Of a DNA stretch of 64,000 nucleotides, positions 41,321-54,400 are shown in pieces. Where the stretch lies: assembly GCA_002269645.1 (NCBI GenBank), contig NIVC01002133.1, positions 137,598-201,597 on the forward strand, written 5' to 3'. A program made the translations under genes and the position numbers. This stretch comes from Macrostomum lignano (lineage: Eukaryota). Under the pieces are notes generated by a model. The model saw nothing but the letters and a program-made list of their open reading frames with translations, had not been told where the DNA came from and ran no database searches. Positions within the stretch are counted from its first letter, which is position 1, and the number at the start of each line of letters is the position of its first letter.

Positions 41321-42693
41321 ATGGCCTCAGACCAGGACCTGCTGATGGCATTCAAGACCATAGACAAGTCTAACTCCGGGGAGATCACGGCGGACGAGCT
41401 GAGGACTTACCTGTACAAGAAGCGCTATAATGAGCTGTTTGTTCAGGTGCGCTAACTGAATTGAGCTCGCATCGCTTTTACACCAAAATGGTACCAGCGC
41501 CGCGATTTTTAACATTTCAGAGATACTTGCGCCTCTTCGATCGAAACCGGGACGGCAAGATCACTCTGGAGGAGTACCAGAACACGCTCAAGGAGATTCC
41601 CAAGGCTCAGAGAGAGTAAGAATTATGCAGCTTCATTTCACCTCTAGTCAATGGGAGATTAATTAGAAGTGAGAATTTCGACTCTTTTATGGTTCTTTAA
41701 AGATATAATTTTCTAACGATGACTCATCATTGTCTGAATGGCATTGCTTCGATAGCAAGTGGTCCGGTTAGCGTTTTTAAGTACAGAACATTACTTAATT
41801 CTGTAGTTTACTTACATTAAGTAGTTTACACGGGCAGATGATGGTCTCTGAGGAGGCCGGACCTTGGTCTGCTAAAGTGGGTTGGCGGTGCCAAGCCTTG
41901 CAAATAATAATGAGCTTTGCAGTTAGGACCTCATTTGGCTCCAGGCTACCCCAGCCGTAGGTCTGCTATCTTTGGGATGCAGCCCCCATAGGGGATTCAA
42001 TAACAGGTGGCCCGAGCTTATGCTCCTGGTGGACCCACGCTTATTCTCAGCGGTAGTGAGAATAACAGGGCTGATCCGCACCTCACGGCAGCCTCGTTTA
42101 ACAACAAAACACATGAGCTGCATGTCTCACCGCCTTTTGCACTAGGGATTTAACCTGATGATGGTTAATTGAATTGGTGCTAATGAGTTCTCTCGGTTTC
42201 AGTAATAAATATAGCCGAACAGGTAGTCTGAATGGAAAATTTATAAACTGACACTAAAGGTGCAGTATTGATGCAAACGTTTTTTCACACCTGGAATACA
42301 GAAAAGCTGTCGTTGTTTCATCACGTGCTAAGATCGCGTTTGCCTGATTATTAATTAATTACCTGATTCCACTAACAGTCATGGATAATATATGTGCTAA
42401 ATTGGCGAATTTCTACTCTTAGTAGCTACGGCTAAAAGTGCCGCTTATTTCTCTCACACAATCGAATCGAAAGGTACAGCCAGTGGCGCGAGTTGTTCGA
42501 GACCATCGACAAGGACGGCAACGGGCACATTACGAAGAAGGAGCTGAAATCCGTGGTTCGCCAGATGGGCTCGAACTCGCTGCTGAAGCTGGTCGACTTT
42601 GATCGCTTCTTCGAGGAGGGGGACTCGGACTACAGCGGCAAGCTGAACTATCGAGAGTTCCTGGACTGGCTGGACAGGTCCCAGAATGCCTGA
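41321..42693 (+). CDS. Four-EF-hand calcium-binding protein, 146 aa, paralog 2
   Basis: Exons 41321-41446, 41521-41615, 42474-42693, the same sizes as paralog 1 (126/95/220). Loops DKSNSGEITADE, DRNRDGKITLEE, DKDGNGHITKKE, DSDYSGKLNYRE. Confidence 0.9.
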
Positions 42694-43556
42694 CTGCCCA
42701 ATGCAGACTTGATTCATTTCAGTAACAAACTTTAAACGACTTGTCTGCCTATTAAAGCACTTTTTGAATGCATTGCTCAGTGGAATATAGTGGAGCGAGA
42801 GTTTGAAAATAATTGAAAATATCATTGGAGCCATAGGCAAATTCCGTCAAGGTCAATGTCAAGATTCGATAGAAATGCATGAAATTGATGACAAGAAAAA
42901 GCCGGAATTTAGTAGAATTTCACGAAATAATTGCTTGATAAACTTGTCAGTTGCACTTCAGACAAAAAAACCGAACTTGTCATTCGTAGTTCAAAGGCCC
43001 AGAAGGTGAGAAATTGAAGTTTTTGCAAAAAAACTAAAGATTCCTGTCTTGCTAATGATTTATGAGTATTGCGTCTTTCTGCTTGAGTGTTTACACAGCT
43101 TATCAACTTTGCCAAAATGCCAACTCATCACTCGAATTTTCTGGGGGGGGGGGCTCCAGCGGCTGCCGCGGTGTCCGACATGTGTCAGGCGAAAGACCCC
43201 AGCTTACCGCATATCGGTCTGGGAGGCAAGTGGGCATGGGGCTGGGAGCTACAGAACATGCTTGAAGTGCTGTCGCTTCCTCCCTTAAAAATAAAACTGG
43301 AGGCAAGGAAGTGTATTTGAGAGCAGCTGGGGAGCTCATTCTTGTCGAATTTCTTTCCCGCTGAGTGGCCCGAAAATTTCTCTCAAAATCGAATCGAGAA
43401 AACTATTTTGGGAAATTGAGTTGACATATTTGCTTAAAAATTGGACTTCTATGCGAGTCTATAGTGAGAGACATAAACAGATACAGCATAAGGACGCTCG
43501 CTATACCCGAAAATCGTACAAATTTTGCTGGATACCGGGATTCGCTCCAGAACGCA

Positions 43557-43789
43557 TTGGCGAGATAGGCGTATTGCTACTGTGGTAAATCACATTGGCG
43601 AGATAGGCGTATTGCTACTGTGGTAAATCACATTGGCGAGATAGGCGTATTGCTACTGTGGTAAATCACATTGGCGAGATAGGCGTATTGCTACTGTGGT
43701 AAATCACATTGGCGAGATAGGCGTATTGCTACTGTGGTAAATCACATTGGCGAGATAGGCGTATTGCTACTGTGGTAAATCATATTGGC
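43557..43789. repeat. 38-bp minisatellite x6 (TTGGCGAGATAGGCGTATTGCTACTGTGGTAAATCACA)
   Basis: Units at 43557, 43595, 43633, 43671, 43709, 43747; essentially identical. Confidence 0.96.
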
Positions 43790-43915
43790 AAGTGCCGCCA
43801 GCAAGGGAGCCAATAGCGGGGGGAATTACCTTTCAACGGATGGCATCTGTTGATGGTGTCGACGGCGTCGGAGCTTTGGAGTCCGAGTTCTTAAGACGGA
43901 ATGCTTGAGATTCTA

Positions 43916-44174
43916 TAGCTGAGAATATCCATCAGTTGAGGCTTCCCTTGAAAAGCCTTGTGTCGCAGCAGGATATCCATAGTCCCCTGAGGCCAGCCGT
44001 TGAAGGTCCAGAAGCTCCGTCTGGGTAAAGACCAGTGACCAACGAAGTCAGAGCTGATGCAGACACATGTGGTCGACGTGCTGATGAAAGTTGGAGGCTT
44101 GGAAAGGCTGCACTGAGGCGCAGTGCTGATTGGCGCACAGAGGTGTATTGGATATGGGAAAAATCCGACCTTCT
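43916..44174. mobile_element. Interspersed repeat fragment, inverted homolog of 1152-1393
   Basis: Shares the sequence blocks listed for 1152-1393. Confidence 0.6.
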
Positions 44175-45939
44175 CGTAGCCTGCGTTGCTCCGTTCCGGC
44201 ACTTTGCCAAAGCAATCATCGAGCATTGATGTTCTTCATCTTCAATGGGCGCATCTCAACAGAGTAATTTGTGCGATTTGTCGTCCTGCGGTCATACAGA
44301 AGACTTGGCTAAAACTAAATTTACTCGTAAACATATTGTCTGTCCGGAGCATTCAGTCTAACATAGAGATGCTCTTGATAATTTACTTCCTTCCTTGGCT
44401 TAAAATTTGCTGACTAAACAAGGATGAGTAAGGCAAGACGTAATTAAAGTCTGCCCGAGAAGCTTATCTATACATAGTGTTGCAGTCCATAGCATTAGCG
44501 TCAACTAAAGATTCACCACAGACATTCTTATTTGATCCAGCGTGCAAGAATGCTTTGGAAGTCACCATATGCGTGCAGAAATGCAAGTGTCAATGGTAAA
44601 AGCACCTTGGATTTACATGTGCACTCCGTGCAGGAATTTCAATCGTGCAAGAATGTAATGGGCAATGTTTCTATATTTAGCAGAACAGCCATAGACTACA
44701 AGCATAATCTTCTTTCCATCGTGCAAGAATGTTCAGACTAGCTCGCGCATATTTTGTCTATGGTTCAAGTCTAACTCCATACCCCCAGGTCCACCCTTTT
44801 CTACTTTAGCCACACATGTTGGATCAAATAAGAATGGGAATCAAGCACTTTGACTTGTGCGTCTATGGAAAAAACCCTCGTGCGCTACGCGCACTCGTGT
44901 TTCAGCCATTGACGCATTCCTCAGCGTGCTAGATTCCTCCAGTCTCGGTGGGCGTGAAACCCGTTTCATGCTCACCCGCCCACTGTCTTTGCACTGAATC
45001 AGTGGGGTTTGGGCCACAGACATTCTCACTGAGGGGCCTGCCATGCGTTTCAACCTCGATCATTGTTTGTGTTGTGCATTAGAGCTCAGCCTATAGCGTT
45101 AGTACATTATTGTTTTCCTGTTTATGTGACTTAAGCTTCGCTCAACTTTCGTTCTGTTGCTGTTTAGTTAGTCTATGGCATTATACTCTTTCTTTCGCAG
45201 AGCTCCCCTCTCGGTTTCAGTCCTTCTTCCCCTCAAGACCCCGTCTGGAGCTACGCGCTCAAGATTCCTGATTCAGCCGTCAAATACAAACGATAGCTTT
45301 GCACCGCTTATCATCTTAATCTCGACACACATCAGTTTGAGTACCCGTTTCCTCACATTTCTTTGTTAGAGTTTTTGGTCAAAAACATTTTTTACTGCTC
45401 TTTTCTATACTTAATAGTTATGTTTACGCGTATGCACGGATGCGGCTACCTTTGCCTCTCCAACGCAAATTGCGCACTCAACTTGCTGGTCTAGGAGAGA
45501 TCGGAACCGAAGCCGATGCACATGAAACAATCAAAATCACATTTGACAATTTAAGCTGTCATCAGAAGAGCTGTGTATTAATTTTGGACGAAATATATGT
45601 CTAACCATCCGTCCGCTATCGATCCAAGCATCTGCTCGATCAGGCGTTCGAAAATCCTTAAGAAAGCTGCTCGAACAGTGCTCGAAATTACGTGGAAACC
45701 GATATTTGGCAGCAAGCCAGTCGTTGTGCGACTAATTGTCTGCATTTCTTCTTAGCTTAGAGTTCTTGCATCTGCAGCTGCGAACGCGAAGGTGTAGTCA
45801 TCTTCCCAATCACAGCGGAGGTCGGGTCGTAGCATTTGTCTGTGACAAGCATTCCACAATCAGGAAGTGTTTCTCTCTATGAATGAATGAACTGAATAAA
45901 AACTGAATGAATGAAATTGATGAAGTTCAGTCACAGGAA

Positions 45940-46932
45940 AGTAGGCATATGTTATTCCTACGATCAAACTTTCTGAAGATCCGTAGTCAATCTTCACTTT
46001 GGCTCTTGCGCCTGCTGAGTCCTTCGATTCAGTCACAGCGACAGTGTTGATTTCTTCGCCATTCGCTTCGTTGCCACTTTTCTCTTCCGGTTGCTCACAC
46101 ATCCGGATATTTCTGGTGTTCATTCTGCTCCCTGCCTTTAGACTTAGTCTGCATTCTTGCTTGATGTGCCCGTTCTTTTGGCAAAATTTGCATTCCATGT
46201 TTCGAGCAAAGCAATCCCAGGGACGGTGGCCTGTCCTTTTGCATCTGTAGCAGACTCGATCGCACTTTTTGGTGCTTGGAGCGATGTCCGCTTGTCAGTC
46301 TGTTTGAACTGTAGCTTGGCAGTTGGTCTGCAGTCTGTTTTGCTGACTCATTGGATGGTTTTTCAATGTCTTTAGCCTGGGTTGCTTCGAAATTCTTGCT
46401 GGTTTTCACTCCTGGTGAGGTCAGAGCCTTCCTTTAGCAGCAGAGTCCTTAGCGGCTTTGAAAAGCTCTGTAGGACTATCAGATTGCGTAGCAGACGATC
46501 CTCGAAGCTGAGCTTCACTGTGCTCTTTTCCTTCAGGCTTGAACTCGACGTTCAATTTTTAGCTTTTCGGTCTCATGGACACTGTTAGATGCACCTTGAA
46601 ATAGAGAGCTAAGCACTTCCTTCGTTGCTTCGTAGCCTTGTTCATAGCTTACAGTTTGCAGCAAATTCGGATTTTTGGCTCTGCTAGAAGCAATAATATC
46701 GCTTGCTACTTTCGTCAGCTATTCCTTGCAATTCCATGAACACCTCGACTTCTTGCACATAGTCGTTCCACTTATCTGCATTGTTGAGCGGATCTTCGTC
46801 TGGATCAATGTGCCCAATGCTGTAGAAATGTGCTGAGGCCATTTTCTTAATAGTAACATCCTCTTGGGTTACGGACGTAGCTTTTCTCTTTTCACCGCTG
46901 CTACCAATCTTTTCTCTCATCCCATCTCTCAT
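45940..46932 (-). mobile_element. Decayed Ty3/Gypsy-type LTR retrotransposon gag (plus start of protease)
   Basis: Tandem CCHC knuckles CYRCKRTGHRPWDC and CKFCQKNGHIKQEC (~46155-46252). Gag-like WNDYVQEVEVFMELQGI and LRTLLLKEGSDLT. Protease-like KVKIDYGSSESLI. Multiple stops and frameshifts. Confidence 0.8.
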
Positions 46933-47512
46933 CTCTCATCTTCTTTTACCTCTCCTTTCCACTCTCATCAGACCCGCAGCCATAAGCTGTATTCTTATCC
47001 GGCTCTTTAGGTAAAAAAGTTTGCTAATCCCTGGTTTAGAGCCGCTGGGAATACCTCCAGTTAAAAGTGGGAGCACCAATAATGCTACAAGCAATTTAAT
47101 GGTACCAGGCTAATCGTCAAGCAACCCTTTCCGAGTGTGATTGAGGAAATCGTGACAGGATCTGGCAAAAGGCAATCTGTGTTTATTCAGAGAATTTCAA
47201 AGATTCCATCAAACTTGTCTTTTTGTTCAAGCAAGTACAAATCCCAGTGAAGGCTTTCTTTTCCCTGACCAAAACAAAGACCAGGGACAGTCGCTAAGAA
47301 TTTTCGCAATCAACTTTGAGTCGCCCTGCTTCTCATATGGCCAACTTTATGTTGAATGCTCATGCGTTGGAACTGCAGCTGGCCTCCTCATCTTTGCTCC
47401 CCTGAGAAACAATGAATTTGGCTTTGCTGATGCCTTGCATACTTACTCTGCTTAGTTTCTTTAGAAAGTTTAAACAGTATAATTACTTGTCTCCTCTCAC
47501 TTAGTCTTAGAC

Positions 47513-47545
47513 CAGGGGCGTAGCCAGGAATTCTTTATGGGGGGG
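47513..47545 (+). mobile_element. Solo terminus of the same MITE family as 26498-26694
   Basis: CAGGGGCGTAGCCAGGAATT matches the reverse complement of the MITE right end over 20 bp. No partner end found. Confidence 0.6.
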
Positions 47546-48420
47546 GGGGCAAGACTACTTTAAAAGAGGGGCCCAGCCTCTGGAAAGATGGGCCCAAAGC
47601 CTGCTGGAAAAGGGCGCCACATGCTTTGCCAGTTGATTGGGAGGGGGCAGCAATCGCCATCGCTTCTTCATTTTACTTAAAAGCTACCAATTAATCTCAA
47701 CTCCTTACTTAAAAATATATGCAATTAGATTATTGTCCTGATGCTGTAAGTGTTTGTATAGTCTTAGATTCTATTCTTTGTATTCTATCCAAAAATATAC
47801 TTTGTAACACAAATTTACTCCAAGTTTTTATTACCTCTATACTTAAACAAGTTTTTGTTTGAGTTTGACTTCAGACAAAGGATTGCATACAAAAAATCCT
47901 AAGGTAGTTCCCGGGATTTTAATTCAGCGGGTTCAACATCCGCGGGTTTCAACACACATATACCGACAGACCATTTTTAGTATATAGGATAATAATAATA
48001 AGAGAGGCGGATCTTAACATTTTACTCGATAAAACGGAAAAAAGTTGTCCAAAGTCGCACAGGTGTCAAGCAGGAACTGGAGCGGGGTGGGCCAACTCAG
48101 TGTTTCTCGCGGAACTGCTGATCTTCCCCTGGGGTGGGATGCGACTCAAGACTCGCCGCTCGATCTTGGCAGCAGCTGCCAGGCGCCGGGCTCATGCACG
48201 CGCGTTCCGGAGAGCGGCCGACGGCCTGCGCCAGCAGAGGTAGAGAAGCCGCCTCGACTGTCCGCATTTTTGCTGACTCAAATTGCTGAGGCTCCACGAC
48301 AAAAGTGGGGGGGGTAATTCAGGAAATCGATAGCCCGTCAAGGAAGATAAAATTGGCCAAGCCGCGCTGCGCTCGAAACTGCGCTCTCTTCTTCGAGGAG
48401 AAACTTTACAAGCTCGCGAC

Positions 48421-51400
48421 ATGTTACCAACCATGGCTCAAGCCGGTTGGTGCCTGCTCTTTGCAATTTGCCTGGGCGGCATAACTGCCTGTAAGTTTCT
48501 TTCAGGGTCGGTTGCATTGCGGGTAGTGTTGTCAGGAGTCAAATTACCTTCATAGCTCGTAGATGATTAGTCTCTACTCGCAGACTAAGAACTTACTCTA
48601 AAGAACTGCTTGGAGTGTTTTGGTGGTGAGGATATCTTTAAAATTCTGTGGGATGTTTCCATATCTTGGCGCATATTTACATGTATAGTTAATTGAAAGT
48701 AATGTGCCGCTGCAAGCAGATTATCCTGCAAGCACGTGATTGGCACAAGTTGTCATCCAGCAGTGACTGAATAGAGCAATTGTATAGCTCCTAATGCTGA
48801 CGAAGAATGCCTTAGTGGTGCTACTCGTAGTATGAGACTATTGTATCATAATTACTGTTGCATCCTTTCAATCGATGTTGTCAGATTTTATAGCATCTGC
48901 GCCTATTTAGTATTTGCCTTTAGGAATGAAACCAAAATTGTAGAAGGATTTTTATGCGTTTTTATTTTTATCACTTTTGCGGTGGTGATTAAAACTTTCA
49001 AACTTTGTACATCGAAGCTCAAAGAAAGAGCAAAACGTCCTAAACAACACGCATTGTAGCCCATGGCTTCGAATACAAAGGATGCTACAAAGATAGTAGA
49101 AATCGTGACCTGCCAAAACTGGCACAGTCATCGACCAGCATGAGCGTGGAGAGGTGTGGCCGTCTGTGCAGCTCGTACCGCTACTTCGGTGTGCAGTTCT
49201 CCAAGGAGTGCTGGTGCGGCAACTCGTACGGCAAGCACGGAAAGCGACCAGGACGCGAGTGCAACATGGCCTGCAGAGGCAACTCCAGAGAGAAGTGCGG
49301 CTCTCACTGGAGAAATAATGTCTATGCAACTCGGTCGACTGGCTCCCGTGAGTACATTCTCCGCATCAACACCTGAAAACGCTTGACATGACGCTGGCCA
49401 GAAAAGAGAGTACAGTATCGATATATACGCGCCGCTTGCCCTTGTAGACAGCACATGAACTGCAGGGTCCACCAATGAAAGGGTTAGCTTTAAAATCGCT
49501 GTCTCTCTAGGCTCAGTGGATCTAAAATACACATTACTAGCTCGTACGTTTAGTTCTCCTTGACAGTGGTCGGCAAAAATTTATGGTCTATTTCAACTTG
49601 CAAGTAGCCTATTTAATGATGACATGAGCGGTGGCCGATAGAATTACAAAATACAGTCACGTACTACGTACATGAAAGCTTAGAGAGGTGGCCAGACAAA
49701 GCGAAGAAAACGGGAGAGAATGATGTGCATTTACAATGCGTGCGGATAATATAGGTTACTTAGTTAGTGCCCAGAGTTTAGCATTCTGGCACTACCCCAA
49801 ACACTATACGAGCGTATATCCAAGTTTCCTTGATGCATCTGTAATATAGCCCATTTTGATGAATCCTGACGGTGTCCACACGGATCAGAGTCCCTGATCT
49901 AAAAATATCCCGATGCCTTTGTCATCAGTTTAACTCCTTATGCATTTTGTGCTCACCAAATTCAATTGTGTTTTACAAATGCTCACTTGGCTTACTTTAT
50001 TAAATTCGATTTGGATTTAAAGTTTTTAATATGCAGTTGCCGTTTCTAATATGCAACACTAGCTCGTAAAACTTACACTCAAATTTTGAATAATATTATG
50101 AAACGTTAAATGCCCACGAGCGCTAGGCTGCAAACGGGTGAGATCTACACCGTCAAGCCTGTCGAGCTACAAGTCCAAGGTCGGTCAGTGCTTCGAGTTC
50201 CGAGTGACTGGTCGATTGAGAGGAAACGTGTGGGGGAGCGGGATCTACACTGCCGACTCGTCGCTTAGCAAGGCCGCCGTACATGCAGGAATTGTGAGGA
50301 ACGGCCAGACAAAGTACATCCGTGTTCGAGTGTTGAGGGGTCGCAGCTCGTACCGATCCACTAGACGCAACGGCGTCAAGACGAGACGCTACGGCAGATA
50401 CAGGCTTAGCTACAAGTTCATCGGCTCGCGATCGGTTCCTAGCAAGAAGCCTAGGTGTAAGTTTCGCTAGTCGTATGTCATGGTATTCTGAAGCTGTTTA
50501 TAATGAAAATCACTTTGATTTCGATAAAATATACATTTCCTATCGCCGACTGAGTTTTACGTTGCATGTGTAATCACAATGAAGAAAAAGTATAATATTT
50601 TTGCAGCATGCCCATCAGGATCAAGGTTGTCTGTGACCTCGCGTCGCACCTGCCGCTGTGCCCCGATATCTCCTGGACGGAAGTTGGGCTCGCTGATCTT
50701 TGTTATTGACATTACCGGAAGCATGGGAAGCGTGATTAACTCGGTAAAGAGCAACATCCGGCGAATTCTCTCTGCTAACACTCGATTTAGCAACTATGTT
50801 GTTGCAACCTTTGGCGATCCGTATGTGAGGCGAGTAATCAAGACGAGGAGTATCACTGCTGTGAGAAACTTCCTGAAAAGATTGTCTGCCAGAGGAGGCG
50901 GTGACTGTCCCGAGTACGCTATGTCAGGAGCTCTGGATGCTGCAAAGAGCGCGGACTCGAACTCCGTCATGCTCCTGTTTACTGACGCTTCAGCCAAGGA
51001 CAAGAGACGAGTGGGCCAGGTGTCTTCACTGGCGAAGAGGAAGCGAATTCGAGTGTTTACCGTCGAGAGCGGAAACATGTGTGGAAAAGCGCCAGAGTTT
51101 AAGCAGTTGGCCCGGAAGTCTTTTGGAGAGGTCTCCCGACTACGATCTGGCACTTTCAACAAGGTAGGGCGTTTTATTAGAGATTCAGCTATGGCATGGC
51201 TTGCTCACGGACAACAAGAACAACGACAAACGTATAAGTATTTTCTACTCGTATTTCTATCCACAGTTGATGGAGTTCCTCAGACGCGCCGTAAAAGGAA
51301 GAATCAGCTTCAGCGCATTCCCAAGAAGCCCGTCGGCGCTCAAAAAGGCTCTCAGAGGCAGTGAGTATTTCTTTTTAACATACCTTACATACGAGCAACA

Positions 51401-54400
51401 GTTGCAGCCAAGAGGATTATCCGTGGCATTGAAACCTACTCGTAATTTACTACTTATGGTATGAAACAGGCGCGGAGCCTGTTAAATTGGATAATAATTT
51501 ACTATAAAAGGGACTCCACAAACATCAGTTACCTGACAGTAACGATTTCAATAATATAATTGCAGAATGCCGTTGTCGAACTGTCAGGCACCGTCGATGC
51601 AAACGATTTTCATCGCGTGAGTGCCAGATTATTTTTTATGGTGCAATACCACTATCTAAATTCGGCTTTTAAATAATATTATGAAACGTTAAATGCCCAC
51701 GAGCGCTAGGCTGCAAACGGGTGAGATCTACACCGTCAAGCCTGTCGAGCTACAAGTCCAAGGTCGGTCAGTGCTTCGAGTTCCGAGTGACTGGTCGATT
51801 GAGAGGAAACGTGTGGGGGAGCGGGATCTACACTGCCGACTCGTCGCTTAGCAAGGCCGCCGTACATGCAGGAATTGTGAGGAACGGCCAGACAAAGTAC
51901 ATCCGTGTTCGAGTGTTGAGGGGTCGCAGCTCGTACCGATCCACTAGACGCAACGGCGTCAAGACGAGACGCTACGGCAGATACAGGCTTAGCTACAAGT
52001 TCATCGGCTCGCGATCGGTTCCTAGCAAGAAGCCTAGGTGTAAGTTTCGCTAGTCGTATGTCATGGTATTCTGAAGCTGTTTATAATGAAAATCACTTTG
52101 ATTTCGATAAAATATACATTTCCTATCGCCGACTGAGTTTTACGTTGCATGTGTAATCACAATGAAGAAAAAGTATAATATTTTTTGCAGCATGCCCATC
52201 AGGATCAAGGTTGTCTGTGACCTCGCGTCGCACCTGCCGCTGTGCCCCGATATCTCCTGGACGGAAGTTGGGCTCGCTGATCTTTGTTATTGACATTACC
52301 GGAAGCATGGGAAGCGTGATTATCTCGGTAAAGAGCAACATCCGGCGAATTCTCTCTGCTAACACTCGATTTAGCAACTATGTTGTTGCAACCTTTGGCG
52401 ATCCGTATGTGAGGCGAGTAATCAAGACGAGGAGTATCACTGCTGTGAGAAACTTCCTGAAAAGATTGTCTGCCAGAGGAGGCGGTGACTGTCCCGAGTA
52501 CGCTATGTCAGGAGCTCTGGATGCTGCAAAGAGCGCGGACTCGAACTCCGTCATGCTCCTGTTTACTGACGCTTCAGCCAAGGACAAGAGACGAGTGGGC
52601 CAGGTGTCTTCACTGGCGAAGAGGAAGCGAATTCGAGTGTTTACCGTCGAGAGCGGAAACATGTGTGGAAAAGCGCCAGAGTTTAAGCAGTTGGCCCGGA
52701 AGTCTTTTGGAGAGGTCTCCCGACTACGATCTGGCACTTTCAACAAGGTAGGGCGTTTTATTAGAGATTCAGCTATGGCATGGCTTGCTCACGGACAACA
52801 AGAACAACGACAAACGTATAAGTATTTTCTACTCGTATTTCTATCCACAGTTGATGGAGTTCCTCAGACGCGCCGTAAAAGGAAGAATCAGCTTCAGCGC
52901 ATTCCCAAGAAGCCCGTCGGCGCTCAAAAAGGCTCTCAGAGGCAGTGAGTATTTCTTTTTAACATACCTTACATACGAGCAACAGTTGCAGCCAAGAGGA
53001 TTATCCGTGGCATTGAAACCTACTCGTAATTTACTACTTATGGTATGAAACAGGCGCGGAGCCTGTTAAATTGGATAATAATTTACTATAAAAGGGACTC
53101 CACAAACATCAGTTACCTGACAGTAACGATTTCAATAATATAATTGCAGAATGCCGTTGTCGAACTGTCAGGCACCGTCGATGCAAACGAGTTTCATCGC
53201 GTGAGTGCCAGATTATTTTTTATGGTGCAATACCACTATCTAAATTTGGCTTTTAAATAATATTAAACTAATCTATTAATTAAACTATAATTAAACTATA
53301 ATAATATTACACTATATCTACTAATAGATGTCTCAATGAACAATGGTTTATAGACTAGACTAATCCAAGAGAGGTGCGCGGTGCCAGCCGATTGAATCTA
53401 GTTGGAGCCTTTAATATTCGTAGTCGTAACTAAAATGATGCCCTTCTGACCTTCCAGCGGCCGGAGTGAAGTACGTCGGCTGCTTCAAGGACAATCGCAA
53501 CAGGGATTTGCCGGTAGTTTACACTGCCAACTACAAGACGACAAAGGCTTACTGCTTCCGCTATTGTCGAGCCAAGGGCTACAGGTACTTTGGTCTGCAA
53601 AACGGCAATGCGTGCACCTGCGGAAACACCGTCGGTCGGTATGGAAGAGCGTCGAGCAAGGATTGCGCCAGGTCCACCTGTAAGGGCGACAAGAGGTCCA
53701 AATGTGGTGGACCATGGAGGAACAGCGTCTTCACAACCGGACTGAAGCCCAAGAGCTTCAAGAGTAAGTGTGCAGTCAAGCAGAAAATTCGCTTTCCACG
53801 CTCGCTCGTAGGCTCGTAGGGTACATAAGCCTTTTTGAAAAGTAAAACGGTGAAGTGAGACATTTTGGCCCTGAAAGTTTCAATCCAGTTTGAATGTATT
53901 TCCAACCAATGAACGCGCTCCAGCAAGCAAAAGCTGAGCACATGATCCCAGTCTTAGCTAATGAAAAGTAGACATCCTTTCCCTACAACAGACTGAACCT
54001 TCGGTTCCCCCGAACAATTAGAACCTACCATAGACTTGAGTTAATCTCGAGATTGCGAACACCAAATACAATACAACGGTCAGTAAGTTAACATCAATTG
54101 ATTGCATCATCAGGAAAAGTTAGTCGAATCCGCCGCCTTAGTTATTTGGCTCTCACATTGGTAATTGAAGTTATTATTGAGCTTAGTAGTGAGAGATCAG
54201 AAGACCAAAGACACCCAAGTTATAGACATATATAAAAAAATTTCAACGGGCTGGCTCTGTCCGTGTCTTGGATTAGGAGCCAACCAGCTGGGGTTTTACT
54301 GACCTGCGTGTGCCCACTATTTCTTTTTTAAGCACCTGGAATGTCTCACATTGGCTGCTTTGTTGACGGCCGGAGGCGCGATCTTCCAACTGTGGGAGGA

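Noticed and set aside
44841-45053. Possible integrase C-terminal tail (SGRVS..RPPRL) and LTR for the Gypsy relic
   Set aside because: The motif is too short, and I found no paired LTRs, PBS or clear PPT.
51164-51364. VWA ORF read-through (VGRFIRDSAMAW...KGSQRQ*)
   Set aside because: An intron at 51164-51266 gives a better VWA C-terminal helix (FNKLMEFLRRAV) and keeps the gene open.
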